64,000 nucleotides of DNA from Candidatus Dormiibacterota bacterium (lineage in GTDB: Bacteria > Chloroflexota > Dormibacteria > Aeolococcales > Aeolococcaceae), in NCBI GenBank assembly GCA_963718525.1, contig OY970355.1, positions 2,048,001 to 2,112,000 on the forward strand, read 5' to 3'. Shown here piece after piece: positions 19,861-29,674 of this stretch (position 1 is the stretch's first letter; every line of letters starts with the position of its first letter). The notes under the pieces were generated by a model that had not been told where the DNA came from, ran no database searches, and worked only from the letters and a program-made list of their open reading frames with translations. Both the position numbers and the translations under genes were made by a program.

Positions 19861-21249
19861 CTAGCTGCTCAGCAACTCGACCGCCCACTCATCGCCCGTA
19901 GCCACGGGACCACCCGTTGCACCAGGCCATGTGCTGACACCCTTGTTGGTGTCGTAGATGCCATCGCGGAGGCCCACGAACGAGCCCGACCGCGAGGTCA
20001 TGCCGGTGAGCGTCATCGCGTCCACATTGGCGCTCGCGCTACCGAACAGACCGATCACCCACGACGAACCCGACGTGTTGGTCAGCGTGAGTGCCGGACA
20101 CGCCAGCGCCACGCTGCCGGGATCCCCGGCGTAGCCCAACTCGGGCGCAATACCAGCGACGCCACGGTAGACGGCGACCGCAAGGCTGGCACCCTGGTTG
20201 GCAGGAACAGTGATGCTCCCGTCGCCAGATCCCAGGACCTTGTAACCGATCTTCGACTTGCCGTAGTTGCCGAACGCGCCTCCGATGGCGGTATACCCGG
20301 GTGCCTGTGCCGCACCCGTGCCGACGTTGATCACCAGGGCTGTGTCACCAACGTGCCAGCCAGAGGGCAAGGACAGCGTGGTGGACGAAATCACCTGATG
20401 GACGTTGGAGCTTCCTGGTGTCACGCTGCCGGTGGCTGACGACGTGTTCGTCAGGCCGGTGAAGGCGTTGTACGGGCTGCTCTGGACGCCTGTGTAGGTG
20501 ACCGTGGCCGTGCCGCCGCTCGCCAAGACGGTGAACGAACCACTGGTGGGCCATGTCGAGAGGCTTGCGCTCGCCGGGAAGGTGTTGTTACCGCACCACT
20601 GCGCGGTATTGGCGCTCACCCACGGGTAGTAGCCCGCTGCCGGTGATCCTGCGGGACAGGCGATCGAACTCGCTGTCTTGGCCGTGCCGCCAGCCACCAA
20701 CGTGTCGGCGCTCCCGACGAAGCTGATGGCGGATACGGGTGCCTCACCGCACGTTGCGTGGTAAGACACGGAACCCGAAGTTCCAAGGTCGGCGTTGATC
20801 AGCGTTGCCCACGAGAACCCGACGTTCGTGTAGGTCTGCGCTGCGCCGCTTGCGAGCAGGACCGAAGCAGGGGCGGTGTTCCCCGCGTTCGACGGCGTTC
20901 CTGCCGTGTACCCGATGCGTCCGACCGGCTCCCATACGATGGTGCCACTGGTCGTCACGTTCCACGACACGAATGTCGGGATCGTCCCCGAATTGTGGAT
21001 CGTGAAGTTCGAGTACGGGAAGCTGCTGCTCGCTGAACTCAGGATGGGTCCCTGCGTCACGGTCACCGAATGGCCATCAGGACTGATGACCGCATTCGGA
21101 TCGGTGGATGTCAGGGTGCAGGCGAAGGTGCCGACGTGCTGGGTCTCAGTCGCGGTGCCACTGTCAGAGTACGAAGCTCCAACTCCTGCACCGATCAGAG
21201 CCAGCGCGCCCAGCGCACTCAGCCCGACACCCCATCTACGAAGGTTCAT
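19861..21249 (-). CDS. SipW-dependent secreted protein: TasA/CalY-like N-domain plus extra beta-rich C-terminal domains (putative minor or tip subunit)
   Basis: Signal peptide ending GVGA|SYSDSGTATETQHVGTF, a SipW-cognate pattern; S/T/G-rich beta sequence. Confidence 0.7.
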   Translation of the reverse strand: MNLRRWGVGLSALGALALIGAGVGASYSDSGTATETQHVGTFACTLTSTDPNAVISPDGHSVTVTQGPILSSASSSFPYSNFTIHNSGTIPTFVSWNVTTSGTIVWEPVGRIGYTAGTPSNAGNTAPASVLLASGAAQTYTNVGFSWATLINADLGTSGSVSYHATCGEAPVSAISFVGSADTLVAGGTAKTASSIACPAGSPAAGYYPWVSANTAQWCGNNTFPASASLSTWPTSGSFTVLASGGTATVTYTGVQSSPYNAFTGLTNTSSATGSVTPGSSNVHQVISSTTLSLPSGWHVGDTALVINVGTGAAQAPGYTAIGGAFGNYGKSKIGYKVLGSGDGSITVPANQGASLAVAVYRGVAGIAPELGYAGDPGSVALACPALTLTNTSGSSWVIGLFGSASANVDAMTLTGMTSRSGSFVGLRDGIYDTNKGVSTWPGATGGPVATGDEWAVELLSS

Positions 21250-21269
21250 GATCGTGAATCCTTCGTCGA

Positions 21270-21734
21270 TCAGCCAACGGCACTGATCGTGTAAACCACC
21301 GTGGCGCTCGCACCAAGATCAGCATTGCTCAGCACTGGCCACGACAGACCCACGCTGACGTTCGCCGAGGTCGCACTACCGTTGACCACGAAGGCCGTAG
21401 GCCCAGCGATCGCGGTGAAGTTGCTGTCGCCACTCACGGCACCCGCTGTGACCGTGATGGTTGCCGGGATTGTCCCGGTGTTGGTGACCGTGAACACCAT
21501 GGGCGCACTGCCAGCCGCCGACGATTGCAGCGCCGGGATGGTGAGCGCGATGTGATGGCTGTCGATGACGGTCATGCCCGCCGTGACGGGGTTCAACTGA
21601 ATCCCGAAGGTGCCAACGCTGATGTTCTCGGTCGCGGTTGCCGAATCAGTGAACGAGGCGCCGACGCCAACGCCGACGAGTGTGAGTGCGGCGCCGCCCA
21701 TAGCAAGCGTCACCGCTGCCTTACGAAGGTTCAT
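21270..21734 (-). CDS. SipW-dependent TasA/CalY-like fibre subunit (putative major subunit)
   Basis: GVGVGA|SFTDSATATENISVGTFGI, FTVTNTGTIP and LSNADLG motifs shared with the downstream paralog. Confidence 0.75.
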   Translation of the reverse strand: MNLRKAAVTLAMGGAALTLVGVGVGASFTDSATATENISVGTFGIQLNPVTAGMTVIDSHHIALTIPALQSSAAGSAPMVFTVTNTGTIPATITVTAGAVSGDSNFTAIAGPTAFVVNGSATSANVSVGLSWPVLSNADLGASATVVYTISAVG

Positions 21735-21814
21735 GGTTCCCCCGATGCCGCCTGAAGCGGCTGTTGTTGTTGACCGGCCTTATGCCGGGTTGCGTGAAAC
21801 GGCCAGATGACGAT

Positions 21815-22351
21815 TCAAACGGCACCCCCTCCCTGTATCGCCGGATTCGGCTGTTTGCTGGCCGGCCTGCGCCGGAGGTCTTGCAGGGTTGCAATGCCCA
21901 AGAGCACACCTGCGGCGATGAGCACCAGAGGAATCCACCAGCGCCCGAGCGCGGCTGTCCACCCGAGAAGGGGGACGACGGCGACCATGCGGTAGGCGGT
22001 TGTGCCCTTCAGCACAACCTTTCCCCACGGGTCGGCGATCCGATTCGCGTCGCCCTTGGTTGTGATGGTGGTCTTGTCGCCGGCACGCGCCAGCACGACG
22101 ATGCGGTGCATCTTCGCGACCGACGTGTCCCCTGGCGGATAGAAGGTGACGACGTCGCCGACCTTGAGACTCGATGTCGGCACTTGCCAGAGGACAGCTA
22201 GGTCGCCGGTGGGTGCCGTCGGCGCCATCGAACCCGAGAGCACGGGCATCAGGCTCAGGTGACCGGTGCGGACCGTGATGCCCAGCCCAACCAGGGCGAG
22301 GATAAGGATGGTTCCGATGGCCGTGATCGACTTCCTGATGCGACCATGCAT
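21815..22351 (-). CDS. sipW: ER/archaeal-type signal peptidase I (SipW-like)
   Basis: VLSGSMAP (catalytic Ser), KVGDVVTF, MHRIV (His in place of Lys), TKGDAN...DPW; N- and C-terminal TM segments. Confidence 0.85.
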   Translation of the reverse strand: MHGRIRKSITAIGTILILALVGLGITVRTGHLSLMPVLSGSMAPTAPTGDLAVLWQVPTSSLKVGDVVTFYPPGDTSVAKMHRIVVLARAGDKTTITTKGDANRIADPWGKVVLKGTTAYRMVAVVPLLGWTAALGRWWIPLVLIAAGVLLGIATLQDLRRRPASKQPNPAIQGGGAV

Positions 22352-22842
22352 TGATCAAGGCCCCCCTTGCGATCGGTCCGTTTGCGTTGTACGGTGAGCT
22401 TGCCAATTGACCGGACGGCGCAAACAGAGCAGGAAGGCCCTTCTTCGGGGGCCAAAGGTCATCACGCGACCGCTACCAACCCGTGACCAGTTCGCGAGAA
22501 CGCCATTGGCGCGTCACGGACGCTCTACCCGTGGTGGCCCGGAACTTCAGGGTCCCATGTGACCCACCGGCTCCTAAGCCGGAGGGTCATGCGTTATCTC
22601 GGCCAGCGCTTCCGCGATGCCAGAGGCGGTGATCAGGAACACGACGTCGGGTTCGTCTACCGATTCACCTGGTATCGGAGCTTTGAATCTTGCGTGTGAC
22701 GAACATCAGGGACGCCATCGCTAGACCGCGGAAGCCCTGAGGCGATGGCCCTCGATGACCCCAGCGCGCAATCAACACACCTGAGCCGATCTTGGATTGG
22801 GCGTCTCCGGGTGGCGCGGTTGTCTATGTGGTCGTGGCCAAC

Positions 22843-22957
22843 ATCCATCGCCGAGCATTCGACCGCTACTCGGTAGCCGTCACGCCTCAAGGCGGCTGAC
22901 GGGTTGGCAGGGCTCGGTCATCCGGACATCACGGCCGCCGAACGGCACGCGCATATC
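22843..22957 (+). mobile_element. Degraded tyrosine recombinase remnant
   Basis: IHR(R)/HSTATR followed by LGHPDITAAERHAH, resembling HxxRHSxAT...LGHxxIxTTxRYAH; interrupted by frameshifts and a stop. Confidence 0.5.
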
Positions 22958-23196
22958 ACCGCCGAGTCCGGCAACCCTGCCACCAAGGGGCCATCTCGAT
23001 CTCCTAGACCGAAAGCAGGGCTGCAGCATCGACTGCCGGCGTCGCGAGGAACTGGCTCGAATACAGGTCGTGACATACGCGAATGAACGCGACGGCCCGT
23101 GGTGTTACGCAACCGTGACGTAGTGATTGCACAGAGGGCATCCTCGGCACACTGGTCGAGGAAGGCCCTCTATCGAGGCGCCCGTTTACGGAGGCT

Positions 23197-24816
23197 TTGG
23201 TGGCCGTGCAGAGCCGGGTGATGCAGCAGAGTGCTCGTCTCGGCTTGGTCGTCTTCGCCTCGGCGTCCGCCATCGGCTTCGGTGCAGCGATTGTCGCTGC
23301 GCCCTACGCTCGTCCCGACCTGACAATGGCCGGAGCGATCGTCGCCGCGATCACCGTCGCGATGGCGCTCCCGGTGTTGCGTCGTCCGCATCGGGTGCCC
23401 CTCGCTGTCGTGGTCGTCCTGTACTACACGGCTCTGACACTTGTCCTCCTCGGGGAATCCGGGCAGAACGAAGGCCTGCTCGTCCTGACCGCCATCCCGG
23501 TCATCGCAAGTGCGCTCTACGGACCGCGTAGCCTCACCGCGGTCGCGCTGGTCGCTGCCAGTGCCACACTCGTGTTCGACGGCCTCAACAGCGCCCTTAG
23601 TGTTCCGGATTATGCCCAACTCCTTGTCGTCTGGCCGGTGACCGGAATGGGTGTTGCCTACGCAGTGCAGCAACTGCGATCACGGCTGGAACAGACGATT
23701 GTGGCGCGCGAGACGGCCATCGAGCATGATGCGACCTTGGCCTTGATCGCCGACGAGTTGTATTCGATGTATGACGGCGATCAGGTTCTCAACCTTGGAC
23801 TGCAGAGCGCGGCTCGTCTCACGGATGTCCCCGGGAGGCCGCCATCGAGCGCAGTGTTCTTTCTGGTGGAGGGTGATCGCGCGACACTCGTCGCCTCGTA
23901 CTCGCCCGACGAGAGCGCCGGCAGCGAGCGCGACCCGCGCATTGGGCGTCTCTCGGTTCCGCTTGCGCTGACACGCAAGCTGCGTGTGGCCGTGGCCAAT
24001 CATGAGGACCGGTTGTTCGTGCTCAGCCAGAGGACGCCGGTACCGCCCGGGATCGCTGCGGTGCTCGCCGAGCTTAAGATCGAAAACGCCATCGTGCAGC
24101 TGCTGAGGGTGGGCGATGCTGCCAGCGGACTTCTGGCGGTCTTCAACACCGACCCGGCGGCTACCGAATATGACCTCGCGCAGCGTGACTGGCTCCAGGG
24201 CTTGGCGCCGTTGCTCGAACTTGCCCTGTCGAGAGCCTTTGTCTTTGAGGCTCAAACAACCACCGACCCCCTAACCGGGATCGCCAATCGCCGCGAGGTC
24301 GACCTCCGCCTCGAGCGAATGCCACGGACCGCGACCTACTCGTTGCTCGCGGTCGACATTGACAAACTCAAGTCCATGAATGATACCTATGGCCATCAGG
24401 CCGGTGACGAACTTATCCGACTGGTCGCAGATGCACTCAAGCGTGCGGTCCGACGCGGCGATGTCGCGGCGCGGGTCGGCGGCGACGAGTTCTGCGTCAT
24501 CATCGCGGACGCGGACGGCCAGCGCGCTGAGGTCGTCGCCAACCGAATCCTGGCTGACCTCGGGGAGCGGACCGTTCGTGGCGAGCGGCCGCGCATCAGC
24601 ATCGGCATCGCGCCCTTTGCTAGTGGACGTGACGCCGGAGCGCGACGAGTGGCCGCAGACCTGGCTCTGTACCAGGCGAAACGTGCTGGCGGCAATCGTG
24701 TTGCTCATGCCTCGATTACCGACGCTGTCGGCGATGACGAGCCGGACCAAGGTCCCGTAGACCCGACACCATCCCGCTCGTCGGCACAGGTTCCAGAAGG
24801 CTCAGTTCTCGTGTGA
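23197..24816 (+). CDS. Membrane-bound diguanylate cyclase (TM-GAF-like-GGDEF)
   Basis: TDPLTGIANRR, DIDKLKSMNDTYGHQAGD, RRGD I-site and ARVGGDEF. Confidence 0.9.
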   Translation: MVAVQSRVMQQSARLGLVVFASASAIGFGAAIVAAPYARPDLTMAGAIVAAITVAMALPVLRRPHRVPLAVVVVLYYTALTLVLLGESGQNEGLLVLTAIPVIASALYGPRSLTAVALVAASATLVFDGLNSALSVPDYAQLLVVWPVTGMGVAYAVQQLRSRLEQTIVARETAIEHDATLALIADELYSMYDGDQVLNLGLQSAARLTDVPGRPPSSAVFFLVEGDRATLVASYSPDESAGSERDPRIGRLSVPLALTRKLRVAVANHEDRLFVLSQRTPVPPGIAAVLAELKIENAIVQLLRVGDAASGLLAVFNTDPAATEYDLAQRDWLQGLAPLLELALSRAFVFEAQTTTDPLTGIANRREVDLRLERMPRTATYSLLAVDIDKLKSMNDTYGHQAGDELIRLVADALKRAVRRGDVAARVGGDEFCVIIADADGQRAEVVANRILADLGERTVRGERPRISIGIAPFASGRDAGARRVAADLALYQAKRAGGNRVAHASITDAVGDDEPDQGPVDPTPSRSSAQVPEGSVLV

Positions 24817-25317
24817 TCAGGCCCCCGCCCTCGGCGCTTGACGATTTGAGTTTCAGGTCCTACAAGCGGCCCTGTTCCAATCGCAAGAATCGTTCGGCCG
24901 GTTCATCAGTTGCGCCGAGGCCCGGCGTTCTTTGGTACTGGCCGCCATTGACGGCGAGCTCGCGACCCTGGCAGCTGCAGCGACGCATTCCGCAGTCGTG
25001 GAGCGCATAGTCGACCAGTTGCAGACTGCCGCGCACGCGCACCCGTGTTGCGACGACGACTGAGCATCTCAGCAGGCACCGGTCGGGAGTGATGGCGGGC
25101 TAACGGCAACGACAGCTCTTGGGCGACGGTCTGGATGAACGCGGACGCTCTCCGATGCCGGCACGAAAGCGGCCTTTCAATGGCGATCAGATCCGAATCA
25201 GGACCTTTGACACTGGGGACGTCGCTTCGTTTGGCGACCTTTGACCCTAGGCGATCGGAGCACCCGACGCGGACCATCTGGGGTATGGAGAAACCACCGA
25301 CCGGAGGTGCGGATCCG

Positions 25318-25689
25318 ATGAGCGACGATCTCTTTGGCCTGGCCGAAGTTCACGGTTGTCGCAGTTACACGAGGCGGACGATCGCTTCCCTCCGTGACGC
25401 GGGACGAATCCCGGACGCCGGGCCTGTGGCGGCACTCGCCGACGACTTGCTGGCGCTGGCGTCGCTTCTCGACCGCGCGTACACCGGCCCAACACCTGCG
25501 TGGCACGGAGCGCGCACAAACATCCAGGCGACCACGCTTGTACAGCGCGCATACGACGCGATCAGCGGCGAGTTGAGGGGCCTCGATACCTACGACTGGA
25601 GAAATGATTCCGAGGTAACCGCATTGCTAGGCTACCTTCGCTCGCGCGACGGGGTGCCAACGGCATCGGCCAGAACCTCGGACCGCTGA
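25318..25689 (+). CDS. Hypothetical helical protein
   Basis: GGAGG RBS and a 123-aa Ala/Leu-rich ORF with plausible codon usage. Confidence 0.45.
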   Translation: MSDDLFGLAEVHGCRSYTRRTIASLRDAGRIPDAGPVAALADDLLALASLLDRAYTGPTPAWHGARTNIQATTLVQRAYDAISGELRGLDTYDWRNDSEVTALLGYLRSRDGVPTASARTSDR

Positions 25690-26172
25690 TCTCCTCGGAA
25701 GGCGATCGGCTGTCCGCCGCACCATCCGATAAGAGAGCAGAGCCACCCGCACCCGGCAACCCAGCGCGTGACAGGTGTTGCCGGCCCCCGCTATTAACCT
25801 TCTAGTGGATGACTAGGTCGAGCGAGACGGCTAACCGAAGGACTCAGAATCGACAACCCTGGCCGACCGAGCTCTATCGGTAACTTTCGGCACACTCGCC
25901 CACCCGAGCGTACACCGTTGTTGCTTGAGTGCAAGGCCACCACCGGCACTACTTTACGCCGAGCCGGAGACGGTCCCGCGTTTGTCTGTATCAATTGTGA
26001 CTTTCGGCTCTCGACGTACACGTCCAGTGGCGAGATGATCGAAACCGCAGGCCGAGCATGGCCGATCTCTCCTGGGCGAACTCCACGGCCCCCTCCGCGT
26101 CCGCTTGGAACCGTGCTCGGTCTTCCCTGCTAGCGCAGCTTGCCAAGGAGATCGTTCGGCGGGCCGTCTAGG

Positions 26173-27174
26173 TGTGCAACTGACGGTGGCCGATTACACA
26201 AGGGCCCCGGTCTTTTGGCGTAGTCGCTCGTAGGGAGTTTGGCCGCCCAAGCCTCCATGCGGGCGGTCGAAATTGTAGAAGTCCTCCCACTCCTGGAGCT
26301 TGGTGGTGAAGAGCCGGGCGTCGTCGAGCACCACGCCATCGAGGAGCCGGTAGAACTCGTCGGCGTCGATCCGGTGTGACCGCTCCACCTTGCCGTTGAG
26401 CCGGGGCGTGGCCGGCTTGATGTACAGGTGCTGGACGCCACGGTCGAGGACGTTGCCAGTGGAAGGCGGACTGGAACTCCGCGCCGTTGTCGGTCTGGAT
26501 CACCTCGACCCGGAAGGGCAGCTTCTCGAACACGTAGTCGATGAACTGGATCGCGGTCTTCTGGTTGAGGTGGTCGTAGACGCGCAGCACGCGGAGCCGG
26601 GTGCAGTCGTCGATGGCGGTGAACTGGTAGTGCTTCCTGCGCGTGCCCCCGATCGGCGCCACGAACTTCACGTCGACCTGGACGCGATGCCCGGGCTGAG
26701 GCTTCTCGTAGCGCTTCCAGCGCTCCTTGTGGCGCTTGTAGCGCTGCGACGCCGGCAGACGGCTCATGTCGAGGCGCTTGAGGATCCGCCAGATGCCGGA
26801 GGGGCTGACCTTGATCTCGTGGTACCGCTCGAAGTACATGGCGATCTTGTGCGGCCCGAAGTGGTAGTTCTGGCGCAGGTAGATGATCTTGCCGACGACC
26901 TCCTCCCGAGTGGTTTTGGGGCTCACATGCGGCCGTGAGGAGCGATCCCGAAGGCCCTCGACCCCGAACTCCTCATAGCGCCGGAACCAGACGTAGTAGC
27001 ACTGCCGGGTGATCCCGTAGTAGCGGCATGTCAGAGCGACATTGCCGGTGACTTCCTGGACGTGGCGAATGATCGTAAGGCGTCGAGCAGCTCCCCTGGC
27101 CAGTTCTCTCTCGGTCACGGGTGCCTCCTCGTGAATTGGAGGCCCAAGTGTCAACAGACTCCGTCAGTTTTATA
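26173..27174 (-). mobile_element. IS481-family insertion sequence (about 1002 bp)
   Basis: 26-bp imperfect terminal IRs TGTGCAACTGACGGTGGCCGATTACA and TATAAAACTGACGGAGTCTGTTGACA flank the transposase. Confidence 0.85.
26194..27118 (-). CDS. IS481-family DDE transposase with a +1 frameshift near 26453 (possibly a sequencing error)
   Basis: HTH, QVDVK, AIDDCTR and TDNGAEF, then NGKVERSHR...YNFDRPHGGL in the shifted frame; GAGGAGG RBS. Confidence 0.85.
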
Positions 27175-27437
27175 TCGATGACGGCGCGCTGGCGATCGTC
27201 GCCATCCTCGCCATCTTCGGAGTCGCGCTCTTCGCGGCTCATTATGGCGATGGCCACTCGATCGGCGGCGCACTGCTGATTGTCGGCGTCCTCCTTGCGG
27301 TGTGGGCGGGGTTACACGACGCCTCCAAGTCCAGCCGCAAAGCTCCCTCGACCTCTGCCTCGTCACCCCTCGTTGCGGCATCGTCGTCGACGCCTGTCAA
27401 CGACGGGGCGCTGGTGGCGCCCGCAGCCGATCACTGA
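27175..27437 (+). pseudogene. Small membrane protein with its N-terminus cut off by IS481
   Basis: DDGALAIVAILAIFGVALFAAHYG...ALLIVGVLLAVWAG begins at the IS end with no start codon. Confidence 0.5.
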
Positions 27438-27542
27438 CCACCGCGCGCCCGGCGCCACGACGCTCCAGGCTGTGAGGCTTGTCGCAATCCCTCCTGCGCA
27501 TACAGACCCCCAAGCGCCGCACCACGAGAGGACAATGTACCC

Positions 27543-28016
27543 GTGGCAGATCGCGTACCCGATACGAAACCCCGACACACCTTCAACGTGGAGCCGATCC
27601 GCGACGCGAATGTCGTTGCGACGATCGACTTCCACCGGACGCTGATCTACCCGCTCGGCGAAGCCGGAGCTGAGACCCCAGAGCGCATCGAGGACGTGGA
27701 CGCACGGGGCCACGTCCACGAGATCGCCCACAAGGCCGGCAATCCCAGGGGGTCGTATGAGGCCGGGAATCCTGACTACTGGCGGGAGATCAGCGAGGCC
27801 CTTGCCCCAGCCCGGGCGATCCTTTTACTTGGCCACGGAAATGGGAAGGCAAACGCCTCTCACCAATGGGTCGCCTGGGCGGAGCGGCATCGCAAGGACG
27901 TGGCGGCAAAGGTCATCGCCGACGTTCGCGCGGATATCGATGACCTCACCCCCCACCAGGTCGTCGAACTTGCACGTCACTACTTCGAGATCCATCGACT
28001 CTGGAGCGGGGGCTGA
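27543..28016 (+). CDS. Bacterial eRF1-like (baeRF / 'translational machinery') protein
   Basis: HEIAHKAG...YWREISEALAPARAILLLGHGNGKANA...LTPHQVVELARHYF pattern. Confidence 0.55.
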   Translation: MADRVPDTKPRHTFNVEPIRDANVVATIDFHRTLIYPLGEAGAETPERIEDVDARGHVHEIAHKAGNPRGSYEAGNPDYWREISEALAPARAILLLGHGNGKANASHQWVAWAERHRKDVAAKVIADVRADIDDLTPHQVVELARHYFEIHRLWSGG

Positions 28017-29322
28017 CGCCTGCTGCTGCCTCGACAAACGCCGCGGGATCTGCGTCGAACGACGACTGACAGCCGCTGGAACAGAACACGTAGTCGGTAC
28101 CTTGGTAGACGGAGCGGTGCTTGGTGGATTCGGGATCGACGCTCATGCCACACACGGGATCCTTCGTCGTTGACTGCTGATCGGGTGGCATTTCCATCTC
28201 TCGAAGCATCGCCACCCCGCCCGTGCGCAGGAATCGCACGCCGAGTCCGGTGATCAGCACCAGAAACGCGATGTTCAGACACGTGTCGTAGTTCCAGCTG
28301 ATCGTGGTGTCGAAGATGAAGATGTTGCGGTTGGTGGGCACGACTCCCGCGACGTTGAACACGAGTCCAACAATCAGGCCGGCGAGCGCCATGGTGGCGT
28401 AGGAAACGACGAAGAGGTAGACGGTGACACTGGCGCCGTAGTACTTGCGGTAGATGTTGAGGATCGGAAGGATGATGAGATCGGCGAAGATGAAGGCGAT
28501 CACGCCGCCGAAGCTGATTCCCCCTCGCCACAGCACCGCGGCCAGGGGGACGTTGCCCACCGAGCACACGAAGCTGATCACCGCGATGAGCGGACCGATG
28601 AACGCTCCCCAAATCTCAGTCAGTCCGCCGTGCCCGGTGAGGAAGAGCGCCGACCAGACGGAGTTGGGAATCCAGGCACCGAGCGCACCGGCGATCAGAA
28701 AACCGAGCAGCAGATCCGTCCACAGACTGACGATATTCATGAAGAAGTAGTGACTGATGGAGGTAAAGGCGCGTGCCGAGAACAGGCGGCGCGCGAACGA
28801 GCCGCCCGTCACGGACATGTCCATCGCCCCGTGTCCCTCCATCCTGCCAAGCAGGCCGCGATCCGCTTGCGTGCGCGCTTGCTCGACGAGGCTTCCCCGC
28901 AAGGTGAATCGGAAGATGACGGCGATCAGGACAATCATTACGAGCCCGCCGCTGAACTCCGCCACGACGAACTGCCATCCGAGAAGGATCAGCAGGACGA
29001 GCCCAAGCTCGAAGACCAGATTGGTCGAGGCGAACTCGAAGATGACCGCATTGCCGAGAGTTGAGCCCTTGCGAAACAAGGTCCGAGCGACCGCCACCGC
29101 CGCATATGAACACGACGACGATGCCGCGCCGAATCCGGTTGCCAGAGCCACAGACCTGGGCGTGTCCCGCCCGAGAAGACGAGAGACTACCTGTTTGGAA
29201 ACGAGGGTCTCCACAATGGCCGAGAGCAGGAAACCAAGGGCGAGCGGCCAGAGCACCTGCCAGAACATCGTGAACGAGAGGCGCAGTGCTGACCCGATGT
29301 GTTCAAGCACGAACACGACCAC
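27946..29322 (-). CDS. DUF318/ArsP-type permease with C-terminal YHS domain
   Basis: ASSSCSYAA, FASTNLV, FVCSVGNVP and KDPVCGMSVD...YVFCSSGC. Confidence 0.85.
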   Translation of the reverse strand: MVVFVLEHIGSALRLSFTMFWQVLWPLALGFLLSAIVETLVSKQVVSRLLGRDTPRSVALATGFGAASSSCSYAAVAVARTLFRKGSTLGNAVIFEFASTNLVFELGLVLLILLGWQFVVAEFSGGLVMIVLIAVIFRFTLRGSLVEQARTQADRGLLGRMEGHGAMDMSVTGGSFARRLFSARAFTSISHYFFMNIVSLWTDLLLGFLIAGALGAWIPNSVWSALFLTGHGGLTEIWGAFIGPLIAVISFVCSVGNVPLAAVLWRGGISFGGVIAFIFADLIILPILNIYRKYYGASVTVYLFVVSYATMALAGLIVGLVFNVAGVVPTNRNIFIFDTTISWNYDTCLNIAFLVLITGLGVRFLRTGGVAMLREMEMPPDQQSTTKDPVCGMSVDPESTKHRSVYQGTDYVFCSSGCQSSFDADPAAFVEAAAGVSPRSRVDGSRSSDVQVRRPGGG

Positions 29323-29324
29323 GA

Positions 29325-29600
29325 TCAGCCCTCGACGAAACGGCCGATCGCCTCGCTGAGCTCGTGAAGCTTGTCCGCGCCATCGCCTTGCCTCACCGCA
29401 TCTGCGACGCAATGCTCGACGTGGTCGTCAAGGAGGAGCAGCGCGACGCGATCAAGCGCTGCCTTGATCGACTTCACCTGGGTGAGGATGTCGATGCAGT
29501 AGCGTTCGTCGTCCACCATCCGCTGGAGCCCCCGGGCTTGCCCTTCGATGCGAAGGAGTCGCCTCTGTATATCGTCCTTGTGCGCGATGTAACCTGCCAT
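29325..29600 (-). CDS. csoR: CsoR-family metal-sensing repressor
   Basis: RRLLRIEGQARGLQRMVDDERYCIDILTQ and HVEHCV (C-H-C Cu(I) ligands). Confidence 0.88.
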   Translation of the reverse strand: MAGYIAHKDDIQRRLLRIEGQARGLQRMVDDERYCIDILTQVKSIKAALDRVALLLLDDHVEHCVADAVRQGDGADKLHELSEAIGRFVEG

Positions 29601-29609
29601 GAGAGAGAA

Positions 29610-29630
29610 GGATACCCCTAGCGGGTATCC
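29610..29630. promoter_or_regulatory. CsoR operator
   Basis: GGATACCC-CTAGC-GGGTATCC inverted repeat 10 bp upstream of csoR, matching TACCC-N-GGGTA CsoR boxes. Confidence 0.8.
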
Positions 29631-29674
29631 GTATGTCAGCTAGGGAACCGCGGGCAGGGAGGCGGGGTGGCTGC

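Noticed and set aside
25318-25689. Phage small terminase-like assignment and a prophage call
   Set aside because: Only a vague helical resemblance; no other phage structural genes are nearby.
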